64,000 bases of DNA from NCBI GenBank assembly GCA_002269645.1, contig NIVC01001010.1, forward strand, positions 317,991-381,990, in the 5' to 3' direction. The translations under genes and the position numbers were made by a program. Below are positions 12,815-23,318 of the stretch, piece by piece; the first letter of the stretch is position 1; the number at the start of each line of letters is the position of its first letter. This stretch comes from Macrostomum lignano (Eukaryota). The notes below the pieces were generated by a model. The model saw nothing but the letters and a program-made list of their open reading frames with translations, did no database searches and had not been told where the DNA came from.

Positions 12815-13707
12815 TGCGAGTCGGCTGGCAGATGCGGCATCGGCGGTGGCGGCCCCAGCGGCGGCGGCAGGAAGGCTGTCCAGGGAAAGGCGGACAAGAG
12901 GCCGGCAAAGGAGGGCGGCGGATGAGGCGGCGGCAGCGGTGGCAGCGGCAGAGACGGCAGCTGGACAGGCGGCATGGATGCTGCAGCTTCATCAGGTTCA
13001 TCCGCGGACTCGTCAGCAGACTCGGGGTTGGCCGCATCAGCAGCTCTTTCCTCGGTCTCCGCCTCGTCGCCTTTGTTATTCTCCTCGTCCGAGCCATTCG
13101 CGGCTTCCTGGTCCTGTTCGCTGCGGCTGCCGCTGTGCCACGGGCGGTCCTCGAACAGCCGCAGGCGGAGTCCGCGCCCGCCCCAGTCAGCGATGACGCC
13201 AGCCACTCCGGCGCCAAACGGTTCGTCCGGCGCCGCCAGACTGTGCCCCGTGCAGTGTCCGGTCAGCTCGTCCGCCCTGGCCAGCCGCCGCCTGCAGGCG
13301 AGACAGACAAGCAGCGGCGGCTCTTCAGTTGGCGAGGCGGCGGACAGTCGGCAGTAATCGACTGCGACCGAGCGACCGAGGGCTCTGTGGAGGCGGGTCT
13401 CGGCGGCCTGACGACATTCGGCCAGCGACGTCAGCGGATCAGCGGCTGCACCGCTACTGGATCGCTCGCGCAGCAGGAAGGCTCGAACTCCGCACTGCTC
13501 GGCCAGGCACAGGAGCACAGAATCTGTTGCAGACTCGGCCAGCAGCAGCTCGGACTCTTCATCAGTCACGGCGTCAGTGGAGTCTGCGCCAATTTTGTTA
13601 TCATCGTTGACTTCGGTCTGACCAGCCAGGAGGAGCAGCACCTGGAGGCTGGCGCCACTGCTGGCGCGGATTTTGGCGCCAATTAATCGGTTGAAATCTG
13701 TCGACAT
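22..13707 (-). CDS. ZFHX: Zinc finger homeobox protein (ZFHX3/4, zfh2-like), 5' part. Exons 13707-11695, 8048-7925, 471-22; the gene continues beyond the left edge
   Basis: Exon 1 encodes [24 protein letters not shown] and [41 protein letters not shown], near-identical to ZFHX3/4 hallmark fingers. GT-AG junctions are phase-compatible: GAG|GTGAGC at 11695 (phase 0), CAG|CAC at 8048, G|GTGAGC at 7925 (phase 1), CAG|AC at 471, G|GTGAGT at 22. The exon at 471-22 encodes LCPCC...HLRSAHSVS. No homeodomain lies in the window and additional small exons cannot be excluded. Confidence 0.9.
860..1030. repeat. Degenerate (CCCTAA)n-like tract
   Basis: Repeated ctaacc/ccctaa/taaacc variants. Confidence 0.55.
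1436..1625. repeat. 16-bp minisatellite (ggggcgccagcaccaa) in a probable hAT-type MITE remnant
   Basis: Tandem units. The left flank tagccaggattgctattggggg resembles the left end of the MITE at 55060. Confidence 0.8.
3255..3890. repeat. Minisatellite, about 38-46 bp (ctaccacacagagctaggtagagggttactagggtagc)
   Basis: Tandem copies directly visible. Confidence 0.9.
4851..5477. repeat. 34-bp minisatellite (agggcagcaccaggtcctgaaggatcggggcaag)
   Basis: Tandem copies; 34-aa periodicity in the overlapping ORFs. Confidence 0.95.
6221..7820. repeat. 16-bp minisatellite (actgttgtgaggtggc), about 100 copies, in ZFHX intron 2
   Basis: Tandem copies; 16-aa periodic ORFs in three frames. Confidence 0.97.
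8505..9190. repeat. 38/33-bp minisatellite (ctcaagctcaaagtgccacaaactcgaatacttct[cttct])
   Basis: Tandem copies with a 5-bp indel variant. Confidence 0.95.
9372..9810 (+). mobile_element. hAT/Charlie-like MITE remnant containing a (GGAGA)n tract
   Basis: Starts CAGGGGTTGGCAAACT...GGGCCAGAT...GCGGGCC, typical of hAT-family nonautonomous ends. The right end is not found. A similar terminus occurs inverted at 21103-21119. Confidence 0.5.
9879..10424 (-). CDS. THAP-domain ORF (181 aa): truncated P-element/THAP9-like transposase N-terminus or stand-alone THAP gene
   Basis: CCAFGCSN...FHTFPKD...W...RRKNFEPS..VCSIHF...RRLYPNAVPSIF is the C2CH THAP signature including the AVPSIF box. No catalytic domain follows. 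Confidence 0.8.
   Translation of the reverse strand: MEQQSESSKLPRKIRGNHGSFCCAFGCSNNAAMSLPGVSFHTFPKDKQLRNRWLVALRRKNFEPSPSTQVCSIHFEQSCFKEQFAGFLPTVRRRLYPNAVPSIFPAFPDHLQPKAEKKRKTATAAAAREIDSAAFCQSTESSSSKPKAPVAGSEKDEHPRPDLHANCFDKVKISSADTVGF
11030..11660. repeat. Purine-rich (GA/GGCG) low-complexity array starting about 35 nt inside ZFHX intron 1
   Basis: gagaggcggg-type units; accounts for the spurious S/P/L-rich tail of ORF 11008..13707. Confidence 0.9.
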
Positions 13708-13939
13708 GCTGCTGGTCGGCTGCAGCTGTGCGATGGCGCGGGTGCGGGCAGTTTATTTGAGCAGGAACAGAAAAATTTCTTATGGGGGGGGGCCTCGCTG
13801 AGCAGCCGAGAAGGCAAAGAGAATAAGTCTGATGAAGACACGGCGCGGTCTGCGAATTGCGAGAGGAGGCTGCGGGCCGCTGCTGCTCAGGGGAGGGCCA
13901 GGATAAATATTATGAGGGAGGAGCGGGAGGGAGGGAGGC

Positions 13940-14600
13940 TGAGAGCGGGAGGGCCGGCCCCTGATGAGGCCCTAATCAAGAGCTCATCTTATATGCAAAA
14001 TAGATAATTAGAATGGTTTGCAATCAGCCAGGGCCCCAGCGGTTAGTTGTATCTTAATCTCGGGAGGCAAATCTTAAGCACCTAATCAGCAGAGAGAATG
14101 GAGCGGGCGGAGCGGGCCTAACACAATTCTACAGTGAAAATGAGCACTAATCACTTGCGCTTTAAGTAAGCACAAATTAATGCAGCCTCCCGGGCCCCCG
14201 GTTCGCTAACTCGATAATCCAGCCTGAGGACTCGGCACCATCCTCAATCTTAATTACCAATATCAGAACTCCAATCTCCACTTGGTGGTCCCTCGGCCCT
14301 TCCCCCCCTCAGACCCAATCCAGACCTCTCCAGCCTCCGGTCCGGGGAGGGAATACCAGAGGGACCTCCTGTGGCCGAGTTGCCCCAGTCCAGCCGCGCT
14401 GGTCGGTGCCAAGGGATGCCTCGGAAGCTGGTGACGGGGCGCCAACCCCGCTCGAGCCCAAGAAGATATCGAAGGGTGGGGCTGGTGGGCCGAGCGAGAC
14501 GAAAGTCGAAAGGAACGGAGCCGAGGCTTAGGCCCGCAGCCGGGAGCTTATCAAGGCAATTATTATCAAGTATTCTGCTAATTACTGGGATACTCGCCGC
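13940..14600. promoter_or_regulatory. Candidate enhancer/promoter upstream of ZFHX: TAAT cluster, octamer-like and GATA sites
   Basis: About eight TAATC/TAATT/TAATG sites in 13970-14270, ATGCAAAAT at about 13993, paired TTATCAAG at about 14548-14570. Confidence 0.35.
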
Positions 14601-17099
14601 CTGAATTAATCAGCATTTTAAACAGGCGCATGGCCCGCGGCTTCAGGCGGATGGGGATGGGTGAAAACTTGTTTTTCTGGCGCTGGTATATGCTTGGAAA
14701 TTACTGGGCACCGAGAGGAGTCGAGTGGCCGCTCGGTGGGATTGGGGGGAGGGGAGGAGGCTGCGGACCCCTCACCCAGCCTCTGTGAAGAGATGCTCGC
14801 CGAATAATGTTGAAAATTAGGGCTCCCCCGCCTCCAGAGAGGATGGGGACTGCATGGTCCTCGGTCCATCAGGCCCATCCCCTCCTGCCACTCAGCGCTC
14901 CGGCCAGCCCGTGAATGCCGCCAGTTGTCTGCCGCGCGGTTCTCTCCTCAAGTGCCCCAGCGCTAACAGCATGAGCAACAGCACCGCATCATCCCCAGCC
15001 TCCTCCGCCCGGCTCATCCCCGCCTCTTATCATCCCCTTGCTTTACTTCTATTTCTCTGTCTCTCTCTCTAGGGGCAGTCGAGCCAAGTTGTTCTCTACT
15101 TTTCTTTCTAGCTGCTCAAGCCTGGCTGTGCTCAAGTTAAGACACTGGTGTTGTCTGGACTCAGCCAGTGCTGCATGTGTATATGGAAGCTAATATCCAA
15201 AAAATCCATGCCTTCAGCATTGCATAGGGCCGCATGGCCAAGCCGTGCTCAATCATCGTCTTCAGTCTGCTTCTCTCCAATCTGGCCCGGGCTTCATCAT
15301 CACTTCAGCCAGCGGAGTCCAGACTCCCAGACTGACTCCCAAAAGTCGAAGACTATAGGGGTGATAATTGGGCGCGATAGAGCAATCAATACAATATTAT
15401 TATTGGGGGATAAGTTGGAAGGAACAGATGCAGAGTATAACGAATATTCAGCATCCAAAAATGCCCAGCAGATTGTGGATAAGAAGACAGCAGCAAAAAC
15501 TAGCAAACAGATGGCGAACTAAACTTTAAGGCAATCTTTGTAGCTCACTTACCTTTTTCTGTCGCTTTTTAATCCTCTGCTGATCTCTCCGTCTTTCGCT
15601 GTTTAAATACTAGACTCCGCCGTCATTAATTATATGAATTGTTAAAACTGAGATAAAGTCATAAGAGATTGAAAATAACAATATCAAAATTCTTTACTAA
15701 CAATTTGTATGTGGAATAGTAAAATAAAATAACGCTGTTTTTGTTTCCAACTTCGCCTTGTTAGATTAGATAGGCTTGTAAAATTTTTCACTGGTGGTTG
15801 GGACCCTCGGGGAGGTCGGGGGTTATTAGACGGTTGGCTATTAATTAGTCTGGTGCCCCGGGATTGGGTGGTGGGGAGCTGGGGTGGTTGGGGGTTGGGT
15901 TTGGATTTTTATTGATACAGACGCTTGAACGGAGCCAGCCACTTTGCATAAGAAATCATATCAATTATCGGAAATTACACCCAACAAGTATAGAGTAAAC
16001 ACGTAGCGCGTATACCATAGAATTATTAAGACTTTAATATCTTTTTATTATTTTTTAGTGTTTTGTTAGTTAAAAGTAACGTCATGGCGCATCCCCCCAG
16101 ACCGACATTATAATATTTGACTGGGCATTGTTGCACAATCAATTAGACTACCCAGACGTGTTATAACAAAAATAATTCCAACTGTTCAAAGTTAAAGTAG
16201 CCCTTTTTAGGGGCGCGCTTGTGTTGCTGCCCAGACAAACATGCGCACCATTTGTGTTGTGTATCCTATACAGTCTTAACAGGTCATCTACAGTATATTA
16301 ATAATAGAAATGAATCAATTACTCACGCAAAGGAAATCAATCATATTTTGAAAAATAATGTTACATTAGCTAGAAAAGCTCCGAGGCCAGTTGTTCTATT
16401 GTGTATTAATAATATAATATTTTGTTGACCAAAATTTCTAAATTTGTTTCACATCTGCACGCAATGCTTATTCGCATAGAAACTATTTAATAGCCATGCT
16501 TTACATGTACTTCGATACATTTTCAAAACTTAACATTGTTTCCCAGATAAATTCCCATCGTCTGGGGGAAGCCAAAGTAGTTGGGGAACTGCTAATATTT
16601 GAGAGCATAGGCGTTAAACCGAGAGGGTTGGTCCAGAGTCTCCAGTCTAGGTAAAAAATGCATTCAGCTTGATCATTACCAGCCTGACGGATCTTCGAGA
16701 CCTTCAACACGATGAAACAAGTAAATTATTTAAATTTCTGTCTATTTGAGCACAGTGGCAGCAAACGTGTGCCTTTTTAAAGAAAGCAAACGAGAACAGT
16801 AGTATCGTGAGGATAAGAGCCAGTTCATTTGAAATGAAATTTATTGGATATAATTAGAAATCCTGTCTAGTTTAAAAGAGAAGTACTAGACGCGAATCTT
16901 TACACATTTATATATCAATTTATTTATTCATAGACGTTTTGAAAGAAAAAACAATCATATACGGTAACACGGTAACACTACAGAAGTAATTTATTGTTCA
17001 TTCAGATTTCATTTGTAAGCAATGCAATAAATGAGTAACAAGGTATAGCCAATGTACACTTGTTAAAGCAACAGTCAATCTCAAGTTCCGATAGAGTGC

Positions 17100-17655
17100 C
17101 CACAGTCGCTCATAGAACGATAAACAGTCGCTCATAAAACTGTAAACTGTCGCTCATAGAATGGCTAACTTACAGTTGATAATAGGATGACAACTAATCG
17201 CTCATAGGATGGCAAACAGTAGCTCATAGAATGGCAAACGATCGCTCATAGAATGGTAAATAATGGCTCATAGAATGGCAAACAATCGCTTATAGGATGG
17301 CAACTAATAGCTCATAGAATGGCAAACGATCGCTCATAGAATGGTAAACAATCGGTCATAGGATGGCAAACAGTCTCTCATAGAATGGCAAATAATCGCT
17401 CATAGGATCGCAAACAGTCGCTCATAGAACGGTAAACAATCGCTCAAAGAATGGCAAATAATCGCTCATAGAATGGCAAATAATCGCTCATAGGATCGCA
17501 AACAGTCGCTCATAGAACGGTAAACAATCGCTCAAAATGGCAAATAATCGCTCATAGAATGGCAAATAATCGCGCAAACAGTCGCTCATAGAACGGTAAA
17601 CAATCGCTCAAAGAATGGCGCTCATAGGATCGCAAACAGTCGCTCATAGAACGGT
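17100..17655. repeat. About 22-bp minisatellite (tcgctcatagaatggcaaacaa) immediately 3' of the SNF8 stop
   Basis: Tandem diverged copies. Confidence 0.9.
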
Positions 17656-17686
17656 ACAGAACTCAGCACACAGTTCGATCACCCCC

Positions 17687-18433
17687 CTAGGCAGCCAGTA
17701 GCGCGGGCACCAGACTGGGGAACCAGAACGCCCTTTCGCCGCTCGGCTCGCCGTCGTCAACCCAGGCGAAAGCTTCGCGCACCAGCTGGTCGAGCACGCG
17801 GTCGACTCGCTCCGGCGCCCAGGCCAGGGCTGTCCGACAAGCTGACGCCGTCACTCGGCCGCCATTGCCGTCGGCAAGGCGCATCACCGAGTTGGCATCG
17901 AGGCTGAGCTCGCCAGGCACCGATTGCACCAATCGCCGGTTGCCAAGCGTTACCAGAGTGAATCCGTTGCCTAGGCAACGGAGCTTATCCACGGCGCGAA
18001 CAATGTCGTCCTCGGAGACCGGATCTCCGGCGCCTCGTCCAGCATTGAGCGCTTTCAATAAATCGCTAACGTCCATCAGACCGCCGTGCTTGTGGCTAGT
18101 TGCCATGGTAACCTCGATAATCTTGACGCCAAGCTCGAAATAGAAGCCGCCAACCCCGAGCATGTCGGACCAGAAGCCTTTGCCGGATTGCAGCGGATCG
18201 ACGCCAATAGCGGCGCACATCTGCTGGAACTGCGCCCGGAACTGCTGATTGCGTCGAATCTTGTCGGCGTGCTTCCTGGCGAACTCCTCCAGGTGTTGCC
18301 GGAACGCGCCAACCTGGGCGCTGACCTGCGCCAGCTCCTGGTCGGCCAGTTGGCCGCCTTTGCTTTTGAATCGATCGGCCGCGGCCGCGTGCCGCTGAGC
18401 GCCGCCAACGCCAACACCGCGTCCGCGTCGCAT
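17687..18433 (-). CDS. SNF8: ESCRT-II subunit SNF8/Vps22/EAP30, intronless, 248 aa
   Basis: MRRGRGVGVG...LEEFARKH...FRAQFQQMCAAIGVDPLQSGKGFWSDMLGVGGFYFELGVKIIEV...GGLM...LGNGF...VQSVPGELSLD...AWVDD..FWFPSL matches the family. ATG at 18433; the upstream TTG extension in the ORF track is not homologous. Confidence 0.95.
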   Translation of the reverse strand: MRRGRGVGVGGAQRHAAAADRFKSKGGQLADQELAQVSAQVGAFRQHLEEFARKHADKIRRNQQFRAQFQQMCAAIGVDPLQSGKGFWSDMLGVGGFYFELGVKIIEVTMATSHKHGGLMDVSDLLKALNAGRGAGDPVSEDDIVRAVDKLRCLGNGFTLVTLGNRRLVQSVPGELSLDANSVMRLADGNGGRVTASACRTALAWAPERVDRVLDQLVREAFAWVDDGEPSGERAFWFPSLVPALLAA

Positions 18434-18526
18434 GGCAACTAAATTTGGCGTAGCATGAATGGTGTTTGCCGGTTGAGCGATTCCGCTTAAAAAACTGCTG
18501 GACACATGCTTAATATAAAAAGGCAC

Positions 18527-18590
18527 GCCAAAACAAGCATGTTTAAAGCCAACGCGTTTCGATGCAATCTGTCATCTTCAGGGCATGCCA
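18527..18590 (-). ncRNA. Degenerate copy of the minimal hammerhead ribozyme motif (Penelope-type terminal repeat)
   Basis: Inverted near-copy of 19017-19082; the CTGAAGA...GAAACGCGTT core is kept but stem II is mismatched. Confidence 0.55.
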
Positions 18591-19018
18591 CAGTCAAGAC
18601 TGATTTCATTTAAGGCCGGTCGATAAATAAGCGAACACTAGAGGGATAGTCACCCTGTCAACTCACAGCACTCTGAGTTGGGTGTTCCACTACGGCTAGC
18701 AAGCTGCACATTCAAACTAAGGCTTGTGTAATTTTATTTGCAAAGCTTTAATCATTATTAGTTTGAAATCGTTTTTGCAACCATTTAACAGCTGTATCGG
18801 ATCGTTGTCACGACACGCAACGCAACCAAACAAGTAATCTTGAATAGACGAACTCTTTAGCCAGTGCTCTCTTGCTCTTGTGTGCAGATGTCGCTTAGTT
18901 TTTCCTATGTAGGAAACTGATCAACAAAGCAACGGAATTGATAGAAAACACCTGCATTGAGAGGAATAGACACAACCGACATAAGTCTGTTTATAAATTT
19001 GTTTTTCGTGATGATTGT

Positions 19019-19071
19019 GGCATGCCCTGAAGATGACGGTTTGCGTCGAAACGCGTTGGCTTTAAACATGC
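19019..19071 (+). ncRNA. Minimal type I hammerhead ribozyme (Penelope-like element associated)
   Basis: Stem I GCC/GGC extended by GCAT/ATGC; core CUGAAGA 19027-19033; extra U; stem II GACG-GUUUG-CGUC; GAAA; palindromic stem III AACGCGUU; cleavage triplet GUU 19055-19057. Confidence 0.75.
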
Positions 19072-19944
19072 TTGTTTTGGTGTTCCTCCTTGTATCATTT
19101 ATTAAGCGAGCTAATCTTCCACAGTTCCACATGCTTGACGTTATCACGTTATTAGGCCATACGACCAATTAAGGTCATGGTCCATAGGAGACGGGATTTT
19201 TTTAGCATCACCAAAACTGCTCGATGGAGCAGTTGCTAATTGCATTGCAAGCCGTGTCAGACTACTGCTAGTAGACAAAATCAATTCAAATAGTCAAAAT
19301 ACTCAATAATAAGATTTACTAGCAATAAAAAAGACCTTAAGTCGTCTTAGTTCTCAAATGAGAAGTATATAATCTTAAACACAATACTCAAATACTGGTA
19401 TCATATGCAATCTAAAATATAATGGTATATAATTTCAAAAGGGATCTTTCCTCGAAATTCCCCAAGTTGAAACTCAAAACTGACTCGAGCCTAAACATGG
19501 ATCCAGGAGCCTAAATAGTTGACAGTTATACTGAAAGTACTCTAAACTTATGCAAAACAAAAATAACAGACTCAATTAAAACTCATTACATTATTTCTTC
19601 CCCCAGCCTTGAAAACATACAAGGAATCCAACACATCCGATGTCTATGGTAATGAGACGATTCAACCTTTTAAGGAAATTTTAAATAGATAGCTTACTTC
19701 TAATTATGTACGGAATCTCAGGAACCAGTGACAGAAGCAATAAAGGGTATTGAGCACGGACGGATTAGTCGTTAATCCCGGCGTCATGAGCCGCAGCAGC
19801 CTGGCATGGGTCAGCTCGCCTTACATGGCTCATTTCAAACACAAAAGCGCAGCTGTGCAGGTTGTGCTCTACAGTTCAAGGCTGTGCGTCACCTGCCAGG
19901 AGAAGCTGGTGAGTGTCTCTAAATACGTATCTGATGTACTGTCG

Positions 19945-20950
19945 GAGGGTGTCATGGAGGTGTTGTGCTGTTGGAGGCGTGTCATGGAGGTGTTGTGCTG
20001 TTGGAGGCGTGTCATGGAGGTAGATGTGCTGTTGGAGGCGTGTCATGGAGGTGTTGTGCTGTTGGAGGCGTGTCATGGAGGTAGATGTGCTGTCGGAGGC
20101 GTGTCATGGTGTTGTGCTATCGGAGGCGTGTCATGGAGGTTGTGTGCTGTGGGAGGCGTGTCAAGGTGTTGTGCTGTCGGAGGCGTGTCATGGAGGTTGT
20201 GTGCTGTGGGAGGCGTGTCATGGAGGTAGATGCGCTGTCGGAGGCGTGTCATGGAGGTGTTGTGCTGTCGGAGGCGGGTCATGGAGGTGTTGTGCTGTCG
20301 GAGGCGTGTCATGGAGGTGTTGTGCTGTCGGAGGCGTGTCATGGAGGTGTTGTGCTGTCGGAGGCGTGTCAAGGTGTTGTGCTGTCGGAGGCGTGTCATG
20401 GAGGTTGTGTGCTGTCGGAGGCGTGTCATCATGGAGGTGTTGTGCTGTCGGAGGCGTGTCATGGAGGTGTTGTGCTGTCGGAGGCGTGTCAAGGTGTTGT
20501 GCTGTCGGAGGCGTGTCATGGAGGTTGTGTGCTGTGGGAGGCGTGTCATGGAGGTAGATGTTGCTGTCGGAGGCGTGTCATGGAGGTGTTGTGCTGTCGG
20601 AGGCGGGTCATGGAGGTGTTGTGCTGTCGGAGGCGTGTCATGGAGGTGTTGTGCTGTCGGAGGCGTGTCATGGAGGTTGTGTGCTGTCGGAGGCGTGTCA
20701 TTATGGAGGTGTTGTGCTGTCGGAGGCGTGTCATGGAGGTGTTGTGCTGTCGGAGGCGTGTCATCATGGAGGTGTTGTGCTGTCGTCGGAGGCGTGTCAT
20801 GGAGGTAGGATGCTGTCTGTGGAGAGGCGTGTCATGGAGGTAGATGCGCTGTGGGAGGCATGTCACGGAGGTGTTGTGCTGTGGGAGGCATGTCATGGAG
20901 GTGTTGTGCTGTCGGAGGCGTGTCATGGAGGTGGTGTGCTGTCGGAGGCG
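19945..20950. repeat. 30-bp minisatellite (ggaggcgtgtcatggaggtgttgtgctgtc)
   Basis: Tandem copies; 10-aa periodicity. Confidence 0.95.
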
Positions 20951-22952
20951 TGTAAAACTTCACAATTGTAAAACTTCACAATAGCAATATAGCCCGCTCA
21001 AGTCTCATGACTTTTTTCAGCTGTCTTCTTTTTTCTCCTCTCCTCTCTCATCTTCCCTCTCTTCTCTCCCCTCTTTTTTGTTTTTCTCCCCTTAAGTTAA
21101 AAAAGCTTGCCAACCCCTGATCTAAGTGGTATGCAATGAAGGTTAACGCACAGTCAGATATATGAAGTGATGATTTGTTTCTAACATAACCGAACCTCGT
21201 GTTCGTGAGAGAGCCTGTGCATGCAGCAGCCAAAAACTAAAACAGAAATAAAATGCTTCTAAGGTGCCGCTGTTCGAAGAGCTGTCAGCTTGGCCGCTAA
21301 GCCACTGGCGCGCACACGGCTACAAGGCGCCGGCCGCTCTCAGATTTAGCGCTATTGACACAGTGAGCAATGCCAGGCCAAGCCAGTCTGAGTCGCACGA
21401 TGTACAGCGCGTGCCCTGCGTGCAATTGTGGGCGCCAGCGGAGATGAACTACGCGCCAAAACTCTATTGCGAACGGGCCTGCCGCCGGTTGAGCTATGGC
21501 GCTCTGCGGCGCAACCTGATTGGCTGGATTATCAAGCATGCAAATAGCATTTGATTGTTAATTCATGTCTGCAATTGGCTGTTTGCTTATCTATTATTTA
21601 CTTGCTTTCAGTAGCTGGCAACTGACTGCAACAACTTTATAATGGCTAACTAGGCGAGGGTTTGATTTTAGCAGTTAAACCATTGGGAAGTCTTGACATA
21701 AAAATGAAAATCATTAAATTAAGCATTTTCAAAACAACATTGGCTGTTTAAAATTGATATTTTTTTCAAATTTCATTTTTGCAGTTCCATTTGCTAACAA
21801 AACTCACTGAAAAGACTAGCATTTATAACTTCAATACTTTTGTGATAAATATTTGATTTTGGCTTTTGCATTAATTTGTTGCTTCATTTTATGATTATTT
21901 TTATGATGCAGAACAGCAAAGAAAATGCTACTTAAAATAAACTTCTTGCCAATGGCAAGTGAATCCAAACTAAGGTCAGATAAAGTAATTTCTTGGACTA
22001 TCTATATGATTAGGATTGAACTAAAATTGAATATTTGAATATTACACCTAGTAGTCAAGAGATAAATATACATTATTTTTAAGGGTTGGTAAAGTCTAGG
22101 ACATGGGCCATATTCAGTATATAAAGCCTTTCTATCTAGCCCTCAGGTCCTTTGAAATTTTTGCAATAGCAATCTAGCCTATTCAAAACTAGAAACTAGA
22201 AATTTGTTGAAAGGGTAGATTTTTTAAAGATAAAGACCCAAAGAGGATATAAGAAGATAACTTTGAATTTTGGCAAAAATACACTTGGCCCCCCTTTTAT
22301 TTCTTAGGTTTCTATCAAAAGGGGCAGCTGCCCTTTACTTCTTATTGGTATGTCTTTATACTTACCTTTATTTAAATAAAAAAATAAATGTCAATAAAAT
22401 CATTGAACAATAATAAACATATATAAACATAGTTAAATACTTATAAATAAGTTAAAAACCTTGAAAATGTCAAGAAATAGTAGACCATTTCTTGTACTTC
22501 TAAGATCCCAATAAACCCAATGAATAATTAAAAGTAGGAAACTAGGAAATTGAATTTATATAACTATATCTATATCTACATAGGCTTATGTTTTGTCTAA
22601 AAACCTTGATATCCAACAATAAATTTATAATTATAAGGAAAGTACAAAGGGTATATCTCTCCTATTTCTATTAACTTTGATTTTTTCTATGGATAATACA
22701 TTATCAAATAAAAAATAATCAAAAGCAATGTACTAAGTACTTGAATAACTTATGCCTCCCTGTTCAATATTCTCTGATATATGCCTATATATCTTGAATC
22801 TATAACTTCCTATAATCATATAGATCATAAATGTCTATAATAGCCATAATCCATAGCTAGTATTAGTCACAATTAATGAAAAGCTTAACTTCTATGAATG
22901 GCAAAAGTATAAATGTGGAATTAAAACAAAAAATCTTTACTTATTACTTTAA

Positions 22953-23318
22953 GGGGGCCATAGCCCAGCGGTAGCGCAGCTGCTTTGGTTTGCTAGCAAC
23001 CCAGGCTCAATTCCAAGTGCAGCCACATTAATTTGGGGTTGAATTGGAATCTTGGCTTGGCTCTGCTTGTGTAATTAACGGCCTTGAGAGCCAAACCCCC
23101 AAGGCATAGTGAAGTGTACATGCCTAATGATAAAATAAAGTTAGGGCTGCTGTACACTCTTGTGTGAGTGTGTGCCTGCGTACATATCTGCGCAATTGTA
23201 TGTCTGCTCAGGGGAGTTGGCAGAATGGGCAGTAATGCCTCTCGCTGGTTGTATGCCTATGTCGCTTAAAGTGCGCTAGGGTGCACATAATTCCTTGCCT
23301 CTAATAAAAAAATAAAAA
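22953..23318 (+). mobile_element. tRNA-derived SINE (family A), partly deaminated
   Basis: tRNA-like head GGGGCCATAGCCCAGCGG (A box) and GGCTCAATTCC (decayed B box); A-rich tail at about 23300-23318. Confidence 0.6.

Noticed and set aside
13828-13985. CTGATGA motifs at about 13829 and 13963 as further hammerheads
   Set aside because: No correctly placed stem II plus GAAA.
15148-15522. 124-aa and 68-aa ORFs upstream of ZFHX
   Set aside because: No recognisable domain or consistent splice signals.
18099-18113. Perfect X-box GTTGCCATGGTAAC inside SNF8
   Set aside because: Single site within coding sequence (VTMAT), explicable by codons.
9372-21119. Inverted hAT-like termini at 9372 and 21119 as ends of one 11.7-kb element carrying ZFHX exon 1 and SNF8
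   Set aside because: Flanking 8-mers differ (ttctggag versus atctaagt) and both termini face short MITE-like interiors; more likely separate remnants.
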